Below, one piece after another: positions 36,387 to 45,197 of a stretch of DNA of 64,000 bases (the stretch's first letter is position 1; the number at the start of each line of letters is the position of its first letter). The notes under the pieces were generated by a model, which was given only the letters and a program-made list of their open reading frames with translations, did not search any database and was not told the origin of the DNA. Origin of the DNA: Bacilli bacterium (GTDB taxonomy: Bacteria > Bacillota_I > Bacilli_A > RFN20 > CAG-826); assembly GCA_024695105.1 (NCBI GenBank), contig JAILIV010000050.1:6721-70720 (forward strand), given 5' to 3'. The translations under genes were made by a program, and so were the position numbers.

Positions 36387-36400
36387 CACATGAGTGCTAA
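36374..36400. promoter_or_regulatory. CIRCE element 2 (HrcA operator), overlapping the -35
   Basis: Plus strand TTAGCAGTG-N9-GAGTGCTAA. On the minus strand this reads TTAGCACTC-N9-CACTGCTAA. Confidence 0.75.
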
Positions 36401-36416
36401 AAAGTTTCGTTTTCTT

Positions 36417-36833
36417 TCATTTGGGGCATATATGCGCGATCTCCATCGCTATCGCGGGCGCGTTAAAACAATAATCCGCGCGCAAAACCCAAGCTTTCAA
36501 AGCGGTTTTTATCGCAGAACGGTCAATAAGCCGATTCATGTATTGGCAATAACGTTCCACCGCAGTTTCCAGTGAAAGGGCGCTCCAGTCCGCGTATAGG
36601 CGCTCCGCTTCTTGATAAACGGATTCCTCGTCCGTAAAGCCAATCCCTTGGAATTGCTCATACGTTGGCGCTTTCCCCAAAGCCACATCAAAAAGCACCA
36701 GCGAAAGGAAACGATTCGCCATGCGCAACTCAATTTGGACATATCGCCCTCCCCGAAGCGATATACTCGTCGCGGCGCTTTCTTCGAGCAACGAATCCAA
36801 ATAACCCACGAACCACTCTTCCAAGCCAATCAT
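36417..36833 (-). CDS. Hypothetical protein (138 aa), no family recognised
   Basis: ORF with a strong SD GGTGGAGG 6 nt upstream of ATG 36833 (MIGLEEWF...). Acidic and helical-looking, with no TM segment. Confidence 0.5.
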   Translation of the reverse strand: MIGLEEWFVGYLDSLLEESAATSISLRGGRYVQIELRMANRFLSLVLFDVALGKAPTYEQFQGIGFTDEESVYQEAERLYADWSALSLETAVERYCQYMNRLIDRSAIKTALKAWVLRADYCFNAPAIAMEIAHICPK

Positions 36834-36893
36834 AAAAGGCCTCCACCCCCTTATAGGGAGCAAAGGCCTTTGTGGCGTAAAGATTCGCGGTTT

Positions 36894-38372
36894 TTATACG
36901 CGCAACGTCGGGAATAAGAGAACTTCCCGGATGTTGTCCACGTTACAAAGCATCATGCAAAGGCGGTCAATGCCTAAGCCAATGCCTCCGGCGGGTGGCA
37001 TCCCATAACGCATCGCGTCTAAGAAGGAGAGGTCCATGGCCTCCGTCTCCTCATCACCCCTGCCACGCGCGGCAAGCTGAGCTTCAAAGCGCTCTTTTTG
37101 GTCGAACGGATTGTTTAGCTCGCTATAGGCGTTGGCGAATTCGGTCCCACAGATGAATAGCTCAAAGCGGTCCACGAAACGAGGATCCTCGGTCTTTTTT
37201 GTTAACGGGGAAACCTCAATGGGATACGTATGGACGAAGGTGGGCTGGATCAAGGTCTTTTCAACGAACTCGTCAAAGAACGCTTGGATGATATATCCCA
37301 CCGAGTTCCAGGATTGCTGCAAGGGAACATTGTGTTTCTTCGCAAGTTCAACCGCCTCCTCGAAGGACATTTCCTTACGAAAATCGATGCCCGTGGCCTC
37401 TAAAACGGCGTCGCACATAGAAACCGAACGGAACGGAACGGAGAAATCGAGCACGTTTTCGCCCCAAGGAACTTGATCGGTACCAAGGATGGTTTGGGCA
37501 AGGTGTTTCAATAATCCTTCCATCCATTCCTTCATGGAACCAAGGTCGCCGTAGGCTTGATATAACTCGATGGTCGTGAATTCGGGATTGTGACGGGTAT
37601 CGATGCCTTCGTTTCGGAAAATCCTTCCGATTTCGTAGACGCGGTCGATGCCGCCAATCATGGCTTTCTTCAGGTTAAGCTCGGTGGCGATGCGCAGGTA
37701 AAAGTCGCGGTCGAGCGTGTTGTGATGCGTGATAAAGGGGCGTGCGGCCGCTCCACCCGCAATGGGCGAAAGAATCGGCGTTTCCACCTCGACGAACCCC
37801 TGGTCATCGCAATAATGACGAACTTCTTTGACGATGGCTGGACGAAGCAAAGCGATCTTCCGGGAATCATCGTTCACAATAAGGTCCAAATACCTCTTTC
37901 TATAGCGGTCTTCGGTATCCGTCAGACCATGGAACTTCTCCGGCAAGGGTTTCAAGCATTTCGCGATATGGGTGTAACGGGTAACCCGAATCGTCAACTC
38001 GCCCGTGCGTGATTTCATCAACGTGCCTTGAAGGCCCACGATATCGCCCAAATCTGCAAGTTTGAAAACGGCGTAATCGTGCTCGCCAAGCACATCTAAG
38101 CCAAGCCATCCTTGGATGGCGCCATGCTCGTCCTTAAGATTCACAAAGGCAGCCTTGCCCATGCGGCGAATGGCCATGAGGCGTCCGGCGACGTCTACTT
38201 CGACAGGGTTCTCCGCGAGTTCCTCGGCGGACTTTTCCCCATGGGCGGCGCGAATGTCCACGATGCGGTCCTTCCAGTCATAGCGTTTGCCAAAAGGGTC
38301 GACGCCCAGCTCTTCATACTTGGGGAGCTTGTCGACGCGCGCTTGTTCTTGGTCCGTTAACTTTTCTTCCAT
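36894..38372 (-). CDS. lysS: Lysyl-tRNA synthetase, class II
   Basis: OB anticodon-binding N-terminal domain plus class II motifs (FRNEGID..., GGIGLGIDRL). SD AAAGGAGGA. Confidence 0.95.
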   Translation of the reverse strand: MEEKLTDQEQARVDKLPKYEELGVDPFGKRYDWKDRIVDIRAAHGEKSAEELAENPVEVDVAGRLMAIRRMGKAAFVNLKDEHGAIQGWLGLDVLGEHDYAVFKLADLGDIVGLQGTLMKSRTGELTIRVTRYTHIAKCLKPLPEKFHGLTDTEDRYRKRYLDLIVNDDSRKIALLRPAIVKEVRHYCDDQGFVEVETPILSPIAGGAAARPFITHHNTLDRDFYLRIATELNLKKAMIGGIDRVYEIGRIFRNEGIDTRHNPEFTTIELYQAYGDLGSMKEWMEGLLKHLAQTILGTDQVPWGENVLDFSVPFRSVSMCDAVLEATGIDFRKEMSFEEAVELAKKHNVPLQQSWNSVGYIIQAFFDEFVEKTLIQPTFVHTYPIEVSPLTKKTEDPRFVDRFELFICGTEFANAYSELNNPFDQKERFEAQLAARGRGDEETEAMDLSFLDAMRYGMPPAGGIGLGIDRLCMMLCNVDNIREVLLFPTLRV

Positions 38373-38547
38373 GGTGAATCCTCCTTTGAGGCGTCGCTAT
38401 CTTAGCGCACCCGCGCTCGCAAAGAAAGCCAACACCCGAAATAAAATCCGCGCCTTTCGTACTTATTCGCACCAAAAAGAAGCGCAATCGAAATCAAATC
38501 ACCGCAAATTGGTCATATTGAAATAAAAACGGAAGAAGAAAATCGCT

Positions 38548-40485
38548 TTATTCTTCGGTCACTTTACCACCTGTATAAAGCTGATGGTACTTACCTTTTT
38601 GTTCAAGCAACGAGGTATGGGTTCCTCTTTCAATGATGCGCCCTTGCTCCAAAACCATGATTACGTCGGAGTTCTGAATCGTGGACAGGCGGTGGGCGAT
38701 CACGAAAACCGTGCGGCCTTTCATAATGGCGTCCATGCCCTTTTGCACCAAAGCCTCCGTACGAGAGTCAATGGAAGACGTCGCTTCGTCCAGAATCAGA
38801 ACCGGCGGGTTGGCGCAAGCGGCGCGGGCGATGGAAATCAATTGCCGCTGCCCTTGGGACAAACCAGACCCTGCGCCCTCCAAAACCGTATCGTAGCCAT
38901 TGGGAAGCATGCGAATGAAGTTGTCCGCGTTCGCAAGTTGGGCTGCGCGAACAACGTCTTCATCGGTAGCGTTGGGGTTACCATAACGAATGTTTTCCCG
39001 CACGGTATCCGTGAACAAGTTCGTCTCTTGCAAAACCATGCCCATCGCTCGGCGCAAATCGTGTTTCTGGATTTTGTTGATGTTGATGTCATCGAAACGA
39101 ATCTTGCCATCCTCTATGTCATAGAAACGATTCAACAGGTTGGTGATGGTGGTTTTTCCTGCGCCCGTAGGTCCGACGAAGGCTACTTTTTGACCCGGCT
39201 CGGCATACAACGTAATGTCGTGCAAAACCGTCTTCCCGGGAACGTATCCAAAATCGACGTCGTAGAGGTTGATCTTCCCGCGCAGCCACTTAAAAGTCGT
39301 GCCCGAGCCATCCGTATGCGGGTGCTTCCACGCCCATTTGCCGGTGTAATGGTCGCAAGGAACGGGGTTCCCAGAGCCATCGTCTTCGGCATTAACAAGC
39401 GTCACGTACCCCTTATCTACCTCGGGAGTGGCGTCCATCAGCTCGAAAATACGTTGCCCGCCAGCCAAAGCCATGATGAGCATATTGATGTTCATCGCAA
39501 GCTGGGAAATAGGCATGGTGAACGAACGGCCCAGCTGCATATAAGACAAAATGACGCCAGGCTTGGCCATAAAGCCATAAGCGATCGCTAAACCACCGAT
39601 CAAAGCGATAACCACATATTGGATGTTCGCGAGGTTGTTCACGACGGGGCCGAGGATGTTGGAGAACTGAACGGCCTTGGTTGTGTTCTTACAAAGCTCC
39701 TCGTTTAAAGTGTCGAACCCTTCCTTCGTTTGCGTTTCGTGGTTAAAGACTTTAATGACCTTTTGGCCGGAGATCATCTCTTCAATGTAGCCGTTTGTGG
39801 CGCCCAAAATCCGTTGTTGGGCGATGAAATATTTACTTGATCTCTTGGTGACGGACAAAACCACGACCAGGATGATGACCAGGAAGGCGAGGACCACCAG
39901 AATCAAAGGCCACTCCTGAAGTGCGATCATGGCGGCCATGGAGGCGATCATGGTCACAATGCTCGTGACAAGCATGGGAAGGACGCGCGAAATCATCTCG
40001 CGAAGCGTATCGATATCATTGGTATAGACCGACATCACGTCGCCGAAAGCTCTACGGTCAAAGTACGACAAAGGCAATTGTTCCATGCGTTCAAACACTT
40101 GGTCACGCAGCTTCTTCTGCGTCCCCTGCCCGATTTGAGAAACCAAAATCTGGTAAGCATAAGCGCAACCCACGCCAACCAAATAAATGCCAGCCATCAG
40201 GAATATCAAAGTGCTCAAATCCATCGGAATGCCATAGAGGCTAGTCGATGCATTCGGGTCAGCCACGATGGGCAAGATAAACTGGTCGATTAAGACATCG
40301 CCTACGAAAACATTGCCTAATACGCCGGCGCCAGAGGAAACGAGAATGCAAATGATGGCGAGGATCAGAAAGCCCGGATAGCTTTTGAACATGAGGCCGA
40401 AAATCCTGCGGAAGATGGCAAACGATTCTCGGAAAGTGAGCTTCCTGGCGTGTGGGTTCATCGAATTACGCGGCATCGAAATCAC
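38548..40485 (-). CDS. ABC exporter half-transporter (TMD-NBD), canonical ATP site
   Basis: Walker A GPTGAGKTT, signature LSQGQRQ, Walker B LILDEATSSID. There is an insertion ahead of the NBD (DDGSGNPVPCDHYTGKWAWKHPHTDGSG). Confidence 0.9.
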   Translation of the reverse strand: MISMPRNSMNPHARKLTFRESFAIFRRIFGLMFKSYPGFLILAIICILVSSGAGVLGNVFVGDVLIDQFILPIVADPNASTSLYGIPMDLSTLIFLMAGIYLVGVGCAYAYQILVSQIGQGTQKKLRDQVFERMEQLPLSYFDRRAFGDVMSVYTNDIDTLREMISRVLPMLVTSIVTMIASMAAMIALQEWPLILVVLAFLVIILVVVLSVTKRSSKYFIAQQRILGATNGYIEEMISGQKVIKVFNHETQTKEGFDTLNEELCKNTTKAVQFSNILGPVVNNLANIQYVVIALIGGLAIAYGFMAKPGVILSYMQLGRSFTMPISQLAMNINMLIMALAGGQRIFELMDATPEVDKGYVTLVNAEDDGSGNPVPCDHYTGKWAWKHPHTDGSGTTFKWLRGKINLYDVDFGYVPGKTVLHDITLYAEPGQKVAFVGPTGAGKTTITNLLNRFYDIEDGKIRFDDININKIQKHDLRRAMGMVLQETNLFTDTVRENIRYGNPNATDEDVVRAAQLANADNFIRMLPNGYDTVLEGAGSGLSQGQRQLISIARAACANPPVLILDEATSSIDSRTEALVQKGMDAIMKGRTVFVIAHRLSTIQNSDVIMVLEQGRIIERGTHTSLLEQKGKYHQLYTGGKVTEE

Positions 40486-42301
40486 CCCCTCTCACCTGGG
40501 TCTCGTGGATTTCGCGATAGACCTCAGAAGTTTTCATTAGTTCCTTATGCGTTCCCGATGCGATTATGCGGCCATCATCCAACACGAGGATCAGGTCGCA
40601 TTCCCTAATGGAAAGGATTCGCTGAGCCACGATGAATTTCGTGGTCTCTGGAATCTCGCTTTGGAAGGCGGCACGGATCTTAGAATCCGTAAACGTGTCC
40701 ACGGCAGACGTTGAATCGTCCAAAATGAGCACTTTTGGCTTTTTAAGCAACGCCCTAGCTATGCAAAGACGCTGTTTTTGACCGCCAGACACGTTATTTC
40801 CTCCTTGTTCAATCGGAGAATCGTATTTTGCGGGCAAAGTCTCAATAAATTCATCTGCACATGCGAGTTTTGCAGCTTTTTCTATCTCTTCATCCGTTGC
40901 TTGCGGATTTCCCCATAGAAGATTGGAACGAATGGTACCAGAGAAGAGAACGTTCTTCTGCAAAACAACCGCGACCGCGTCGCGTAAGGTGGCCAAATCA
41001 TAGTCGCGCACATCGTGGCCACCTACCTTAACCGATCCGGAATTCACGTCATATAGACGCGCGATCATCGAAACAAACGTGGACTTAGAAGAGCCGGTCG
41101 CCCCGATGATGCCTACGGTTGAGCCAGCGGGAACATGAATGCTGACATTGTCCAAAACGTTCTTCTCGCCTTCTTGGTTGTAACGGAAGCAGACGTTTTC
41201 GAAATCCACTTGCCCGTTGGGCACTTCCATAATCGGATCCTCCGGCGAAGCTAAATCAGGGATTTCGTCCAAGACTTCGGAAATACGTTCCGCGGAGTTC
41301 CTCGAAACCACGATCATCACGAAGGAGATGGAAACCATCATCAGAGAATTAAGGATTTGGGTGACATAGGAGATTAGGGAGGTTAGGGAGCCTGTGTTGA
41401 ACCCACTAGGCGAATTCCCCGTCGAAATCACGATGTGAGCGCCGAACCAAGAAAGCAAAAGAATGCACACGTACGTCGACATTTGCATCACGGGATTGTT
41501 GAAGGCCATGATCCGTTCAGCACGAACAAACGAGTTATAGATGAAGCCCGAGACCCCTTTGAATTTCTCGACTTCCTTCTCCTCGCAACCAAACGATTTC
41601 ACGACGCGGATACCGCGTAGGTTTTCTTCCACCGATCCATTGAGACGGTCATAGGCGCGGAAGACGCTTTGGAAAATCGGATGAACCTTAAAGACAATGA
41701 AGAAGAGCGCGAAAGCCAAGAACGGAACGACGCCCAGAAATATTAGAGAAAGCTGAGGAGAGATAGTCGCCGCCATGACAAACGCGAATACCATCATAAA
41801 AGGCGCTCGAACAAGCATTCGGATAATCATTTGAACCGAGTTTTGAATGTTCGTAACGTCCGTTGTTAAGCGAGTTACCAATGAGGGGGTCGAGAACTTA
41901 TCGATGTTTTTAAAAGAGAAGTCCTGAATCTTATAAAACATCTTTTTGCGGAGATTTTTACCGAAATTACTGGATGCCCTTGCGGCAAAAAAGCCCGCAG
42001 CAATGCCAGAAACGCAACTAGCGATAGCAAGTCCCAGCATGATAAAGGCAAAGCCCCACAGCTCACGGATGTGGTCGGCCATAACATAACCTGCATCCAG
42101 CATTTCCTGGGTGGGGTTAATGAAGGGAATCAAATAAGTTCCAGCTACCCAGGGAATCAAGACTTCGCATACGACTTCCAAAGTGATGAAAACCCAAGTG
42201 AGCGCTGTCCAGCGCCAAGAGCCCAACATGCACGGAACAAGTTTTTTAAGGACGTGTGCCTTCTTGGGCTTGGTTGTTTGCTTTAGTACATCCTCGCTCA
42301 T
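40466..42301 (-). CDS. ABC exporter half-transporter (TMD-NBD), degenerate catalytic site
   Basis: Walker A GATGSSKST, signature VSGGQKQ, Walker B LILDDSTSAVD (Asp where the catalytic Glu normally sits). Confidence 0.9.
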   Translation of the reverse strand: MSEDVLKQTTKPKKAHVLKKLVPCMLGSWRWTALTWVFITLEVVCEVLIPWVAGTYLIPFINPTQEMLDAGYVMADHIRELWGFAFIMLGLAIASCVSGIAAGFFAARASSNFGKNLRKKMFYKIQDFSFKNIDKFSTPSLVTRLTTDVTNIQNSVQMIIRMLVRAPFMMVFAFVMAATISPQLSLIFLGVVPFLAFALFFIVFKVHPIFQSVFRAYDRLNGSVEENLRGIRVVKSFGCEEKEVEKFKGVSGFIYNSFVRAERIMAFNNPVMQMSTYVCILLLSWFGAHIVISTGNSPSGFNTGSLTSLISYVTQILNSLMMVSISFVMIVVSRNSAERISEVLDEIPDLASPEDPIMEVPNGQVDFENVCFRYNQEGEKNVLDNVSIHVPAGSTVGIIGATGSSKSTFVSMIARLYDVNSGSVKVGGHDVRDYDLATLRDAVAVVLQKNVLFSGTIRSNLLWGNPQATDEEIEKAAKLACADEFIETLPAKYDSPIEQGGNNVSGGQKQRLCIARALLKKPKVLILDDSTSAVDTFTDSKIRAAFQSEIPETTKFIVAQRILSIRECDLILVLDDGRIIASGTHKELMKTSEVYREIHETQVRGGDFDAA

Positions 42302-42726
42302 GCTTTATCCTCCCCAACATTCGCCGCAACAACTCTTAGCAACCGTTCGAGCTCCGATATTTCTTGATCCATCAAGCCAGAAACGGCTTTAAGATCAAAC
42401 GCTTCAATCGCCCGACGTATCTCCTCGTGGCATTCGTGCCCTTTGTCCGTCGCCATAATCCTCTTTTCCCTCTTACTCGTAGAAGAAGGGATATATTGAA
42501 TGAAACCGCCAGAGGCAAGGCTATTCAGCGATTCTGAGACAGTGGCCTTCGACAACCCAAACATCTCGCGAATATCCGCGCTTGTAAGATTTTCGTCTTC
42601 GATAACGGCACAAAGGATACGCCCATCCGCAGGACGGATTCCCCTGCCATCAAAGAGACTGTCAAAACCGCAACGAATGATTCGACTGGTTTCTTTAATC
42701 AATAATGGAATCGGGGTCTCAGACAT
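42298..42726 (-). CDS. MarR-family transcriptional regulator
   Basis: 142-aa winged-helix protein (LTSADIREMFGLSKATVSESLNSLASGGFI). ATGA overlap with the first ABC gene. Confidence 0.8.
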   Translation of the reverse strand: MSETPIPLLIKETSRIIRCGFDSLFDGRGIRPADGRILCAVIEDENLTSADIREMFGLSKATVSESLNSLASGGFIQYIPSSTSKREKRIMATDKGHECHEEIRRAIEAFDLKAVSGLMDQEISELERLLRVVAANVGEDKA

Positions 42727-42748
42727 AATTGTTCGGCACCGAACAATT
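42727..42748. promoter_or_regulatory. Perfect 10-bp inverted repeat abutting the marR ATG (putative MarR operator / hairpin)
   Basis: AATTGTTCGG-ca-CCGAACAATT. TATAAA (42748-42753, minus strand) lies immediately upstream, and no SD lies between the repeat and the ATG. Confidence 0.5.
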
Positions 42749-43285
42749 TTATACGCCAGAGCCGCTTTTGCAAATTAATAATTCGGGCGCCCACGCACGT
42801 ATGAGATCATCCAAACGATACGCGGCGTTTGCCGGAGACGTAGAAGGCATGACGAAATAGGGAATACGATCTCCAATAATGGGCAGTTGGTAGCGGACAA
42901 ACAATTCGCCTGCCTTTTTACCATTCAACAGTATTTTTTGAACCGAACTCTCAGACAAAATGCTAGATATGTCCGTTAAGATGGGGTTTTTAATAGACAC
43001 GTCACTCGAACCAGTGATATCGCATTCATCAATAACGTCATATAGAGCAATATGTATATCTTTTAAAATTTTCTTCTTCCCATCTATATCATTTGGTATA
43101 GGAATATCAAAGAAGTGACTTAAAAGTGGCCAAAATCGATTCACGGGATGCCCATAATAAAAATTTTTGGCCCTTGATAGAACACTAGGAAACGACCCAA
43201 GAATGAGAATTCGGGACTCAGAATCAAAGTACGGGCCAAAGCCATGGACGGCGTGAAGCAATTCAGAAGCTTTCTTCAACGCCAT
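42749..43285 (-). CDS. UDG-superfamily glycosylase, family-6-like (hypoxanthine/deoxyinosine DNA glycosylase type)
   Basis: N-terminal motif LILGSFPSVLSRAKNFYYGHPVNRFW. 178 aa. Confidence 0.65.
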   Translation of the reverse strand: MALKKASELLHAVHGFGPYFDSESRILILGSFPSVLSRAKNFYYGHPVNRFWPLLSHFFDIPIPNDIDGKKKILKDIHIALYDVIDECDITGSSDVSIKNPILTDISSILSESSVQKILLNGKKAGELFVRYQLPIIGDRIPYFVMPSTSPANAAYRLDDLIRAWAPELLICKSGSGV

Positions 43286-44234
43286 GGAAAATCTTCTCCA
43301 AATCCAGCGCGGAAGACATGTTGGTCGTTATCGCTAAACGGATTTTCTTATGTCCAGGGAATCCAAAGAAGAACTTCGGAAGTATTCCTTTTAATTCCTT
43401 AATCGCCCTCTCTTCCCCTTCCGTGCGAATGAGCATAGAGGCATAGTTCCTAGCATAAGCCAATTGATCTTTGGGCGTTGCATCAGGAAGAATCTCGCCC
43501 GTCTTGAAATATTGATCAATCTGACGAACGAGCTGTGGATTTCCTACTCCACCTCGTGCCACCATGACACCATCAGCGTTTGTTTTGTTGACGGATTTTA
43601 TCGCATCTTGGATTGTGAAAATATCGCCTGAAACGATCAGTGGAATCCCTAAGCTTTCTTTGAGCCCTTTTATGGCTCCGTAGTTCGCGTGTCCGGAGTA
43701 CTCCTGCTGCCTTGTCCGACAATGAACTGAAATCATTTTCACTCCCGCTTCTTCAAGGGCTTTTGAAACTTCGAAAACGTTTATGCTTTGGTCATCCCAG
43801 CCCAAACGAATCTTTGCCGTTACGGGTTTTTCAGACACTTGGCACACAGCTGCCATATACGCTTTGAGTGCCCCAACGTCTTTGAGCCACGCCGATCCAG
43901 AGCCAGCTTTTACCACTTTATTAACGGGACAGCCCAAATTTATGTCTAAAACGTCATATTTAGCGGATTTTTGCAGAATTTCGATTGCATTTGCAGTGTT
44001 TTTTATATCCGAACCGAATAACTGAAGCCCTACAGGGTGGTCAATTTCACTCGTTTTTGCATAATCCATCGTCTTTGCGTTTCCATATGAAATCCCACAA
44101 TCCGAAATCATCTCAGAATAGGAAAGGGCGACCCCAAAAGGCTTCATGAATTCCCGATAAGCCAAAGTAGTGATTCCCGCCATAGGACCAAGAATCACGT
44201 TTCCTTTAAGCTCAATGTTTCCAATTCGTATCAT
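43263..44234 (-). CDS. dusB: tRNA-dihydrouridine synthase (DusB-like)
   Basis: TIM-barrel Dus motifs (LGPMAGITT, NLGCP, catalytic-Cys region, VMVARG). Start ATG 44234 has SD GGAGGGGAAAG and an ATGA overlap with the upstream gene. The ORF-track extension was rejected. Confidence 0.88.
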   Translation of the reverse strand: MIRIGNIELKGNVILGPMAGITTLAYREFMKPFGVALSYSEMISDCGISYGNAKTMDYAKTSEIDHPVGLQLFGSDIKNTANAIEILQKSAKYDVLDINLGCPVNKVVKAGSGSAWLKDVGALKAYMAAVCQVSEKPVTAKIRLGWDDQSINVFEVSKALEEAGVKMISVHCRTRQQEYSGHANYGAIKGLKESLGIPLIVSGDIFTIQDAIKSVNKTNADGVMVARGGVGNPQLVRQIDQYFKTGEILPDATPKDQLAYARNYASMLIRTEGEERAIKELKGILPKFFFGFPGHKKIRLAITTNMSSALDLEKIFHGVEESF

Positions 44235-45007
44235 TCTTTCCCCTCCATCACCTTCCGCAATACTTCCGGTGCGTACACGCCTTGGAAGAGTGCCACCATT
44301 CCATCGTATTTTCCGCGCCTTCTTGCATAGTTCAACGTAGTTATTATATTGACGTTTTTTTCTTCGCAAATATTCTGGACGACATCCTCATTTGAAACAT
44401 ATGGATACATAGTCCTGAGCGTTTTGTCGCAAAGAAGATCAACGAGCAATTTCTCAGCTGTATAAAGACCGTCTTGCGTGACAGGAGATTTAGAAAACAA
44501 AGGTTTGAGAATGATGGAGTTGTCGCGAAGATAATACTCTATCTCACGCGGCGTCGGGTTTAGCATAACTTCACGCTTTGTCCATTCGCGTAAAGCAAGA
44601 TAGGCGGGGAACAGATCCCTTTTAGACACTTGAAGAAGGAGGGCCTTGTGTTCGTCCACACCCATTAGAATTTCGTTCAGAGAAGTGGTTGTAACCCCAG
44701 CGAAATCCGAGTAGGGGAATCGTTCCCGTAGCTTATCAAGCAAAGAAACGGATACTGGATCCAAAGGGTAAGAAAATGGTTCCTTCCAATGGGCGAAAAC
44801 ACCATTTCCAAGAGGCTGCAAAACATGGTCGGAAACCAACAGGCCAATGACCCAATTGCAAGAGTTTTCTGAGTAACCTGGGTAAACTCGATAAATGACG
44901 TCGTAAAGCTCGTATCGAGAATAGACCTCTTTCGTTAACAGTTCTTGGATTCTTTTGCTCGACTCCGCCATATCCTTATTATACCAATACTTCATATAAT
45001 TTGACAT
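44231..45007 (-). CDS. Hypothetical protein with N-terminal winged-helix-like region (AbiEi_3/DUF-type resemblance, tentative)
   Basis: 258 aa. N-terminal ...YELYDVIYRVYPGYSENSCNWVIGLLVSDHVLQPLGNGVFAH and C-terminal ...AEKLLVDLLCDK...NYARRRG are reminiscent of solo AbiEi-like proteins. Alternative starts at 44995 and 44971. Confidence 0.35.
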   Translation of the reverse strand: MSNYMKYWYNKDMAESSKRIQELLTKEVYSRYELYDVIYRVYPGYSENSCNWVIGLLVSDHVLQPLGNGVFAHWKEPFSYPLDPVSVSLLDKLRERFPYSDFAGVTTTSLNEILMGVDEHKALLLQVSKRDLFPAYLALREWTKREVMLNPTPREIEYYLRDNSIILKPLFSKSPVTQDGLYTAEKLLVDLLCDKTLRTMYPYVSNEDVVQNICEEKNVNIITTLNYARRRGKYDGMVALFQGVYAPEVLRKVMEGKE

Positions 45008-45160
45008 TTTTATAGAAAGTGTCTATTTATATAATCTCTTGATTTTCTTTTTTCTTCGATGGAATCAGCATTTTTTAACTTAAATAGCTCTGCGCATCAT
45101 TCATCTTTCCAAGTAGCAAAACAATATGCGTTTTTTCTCAGAAAGCGGTGCTCATCCCAT

Positions 45161-45197
45161 AGAAAAAGGTCGCCCTAGAATTAGTAGAGCGACCTTT
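45161..45197 (-). terminator. Rho-independent terminator after ftsH
   Basis: Minus strand: AAAGGTCGC-N15-GCGACCTTT followed by ttctatgg. It lies 10 nt past the ftsH stop. Confidence 0.7.

Noticed and set aside
38373-38547. Possible T-box or other riboswitch leader upstream of lysS
   Set aside because: The region is only about 175 nt long. I could not find the conserved T-box sequence, a specifier/antiterminator arrangement, or a terminator hairpin.
38584-39591. 335-aa plus-strand ORF antisense to the ABC exporter gene
   Set aside because: Shadow ORF opposite a gene with clear Walker and signature motifs. It has no recognisable features of its own.
44231-45007. AbiE-type toxin-antitoxin pair
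   Set aside because: No AbiEii-like nucleotidyltransferase gene lies next to the AbiEi-like ORF, and the downstream gene is dusB. Only the orphan resemblance is retained.
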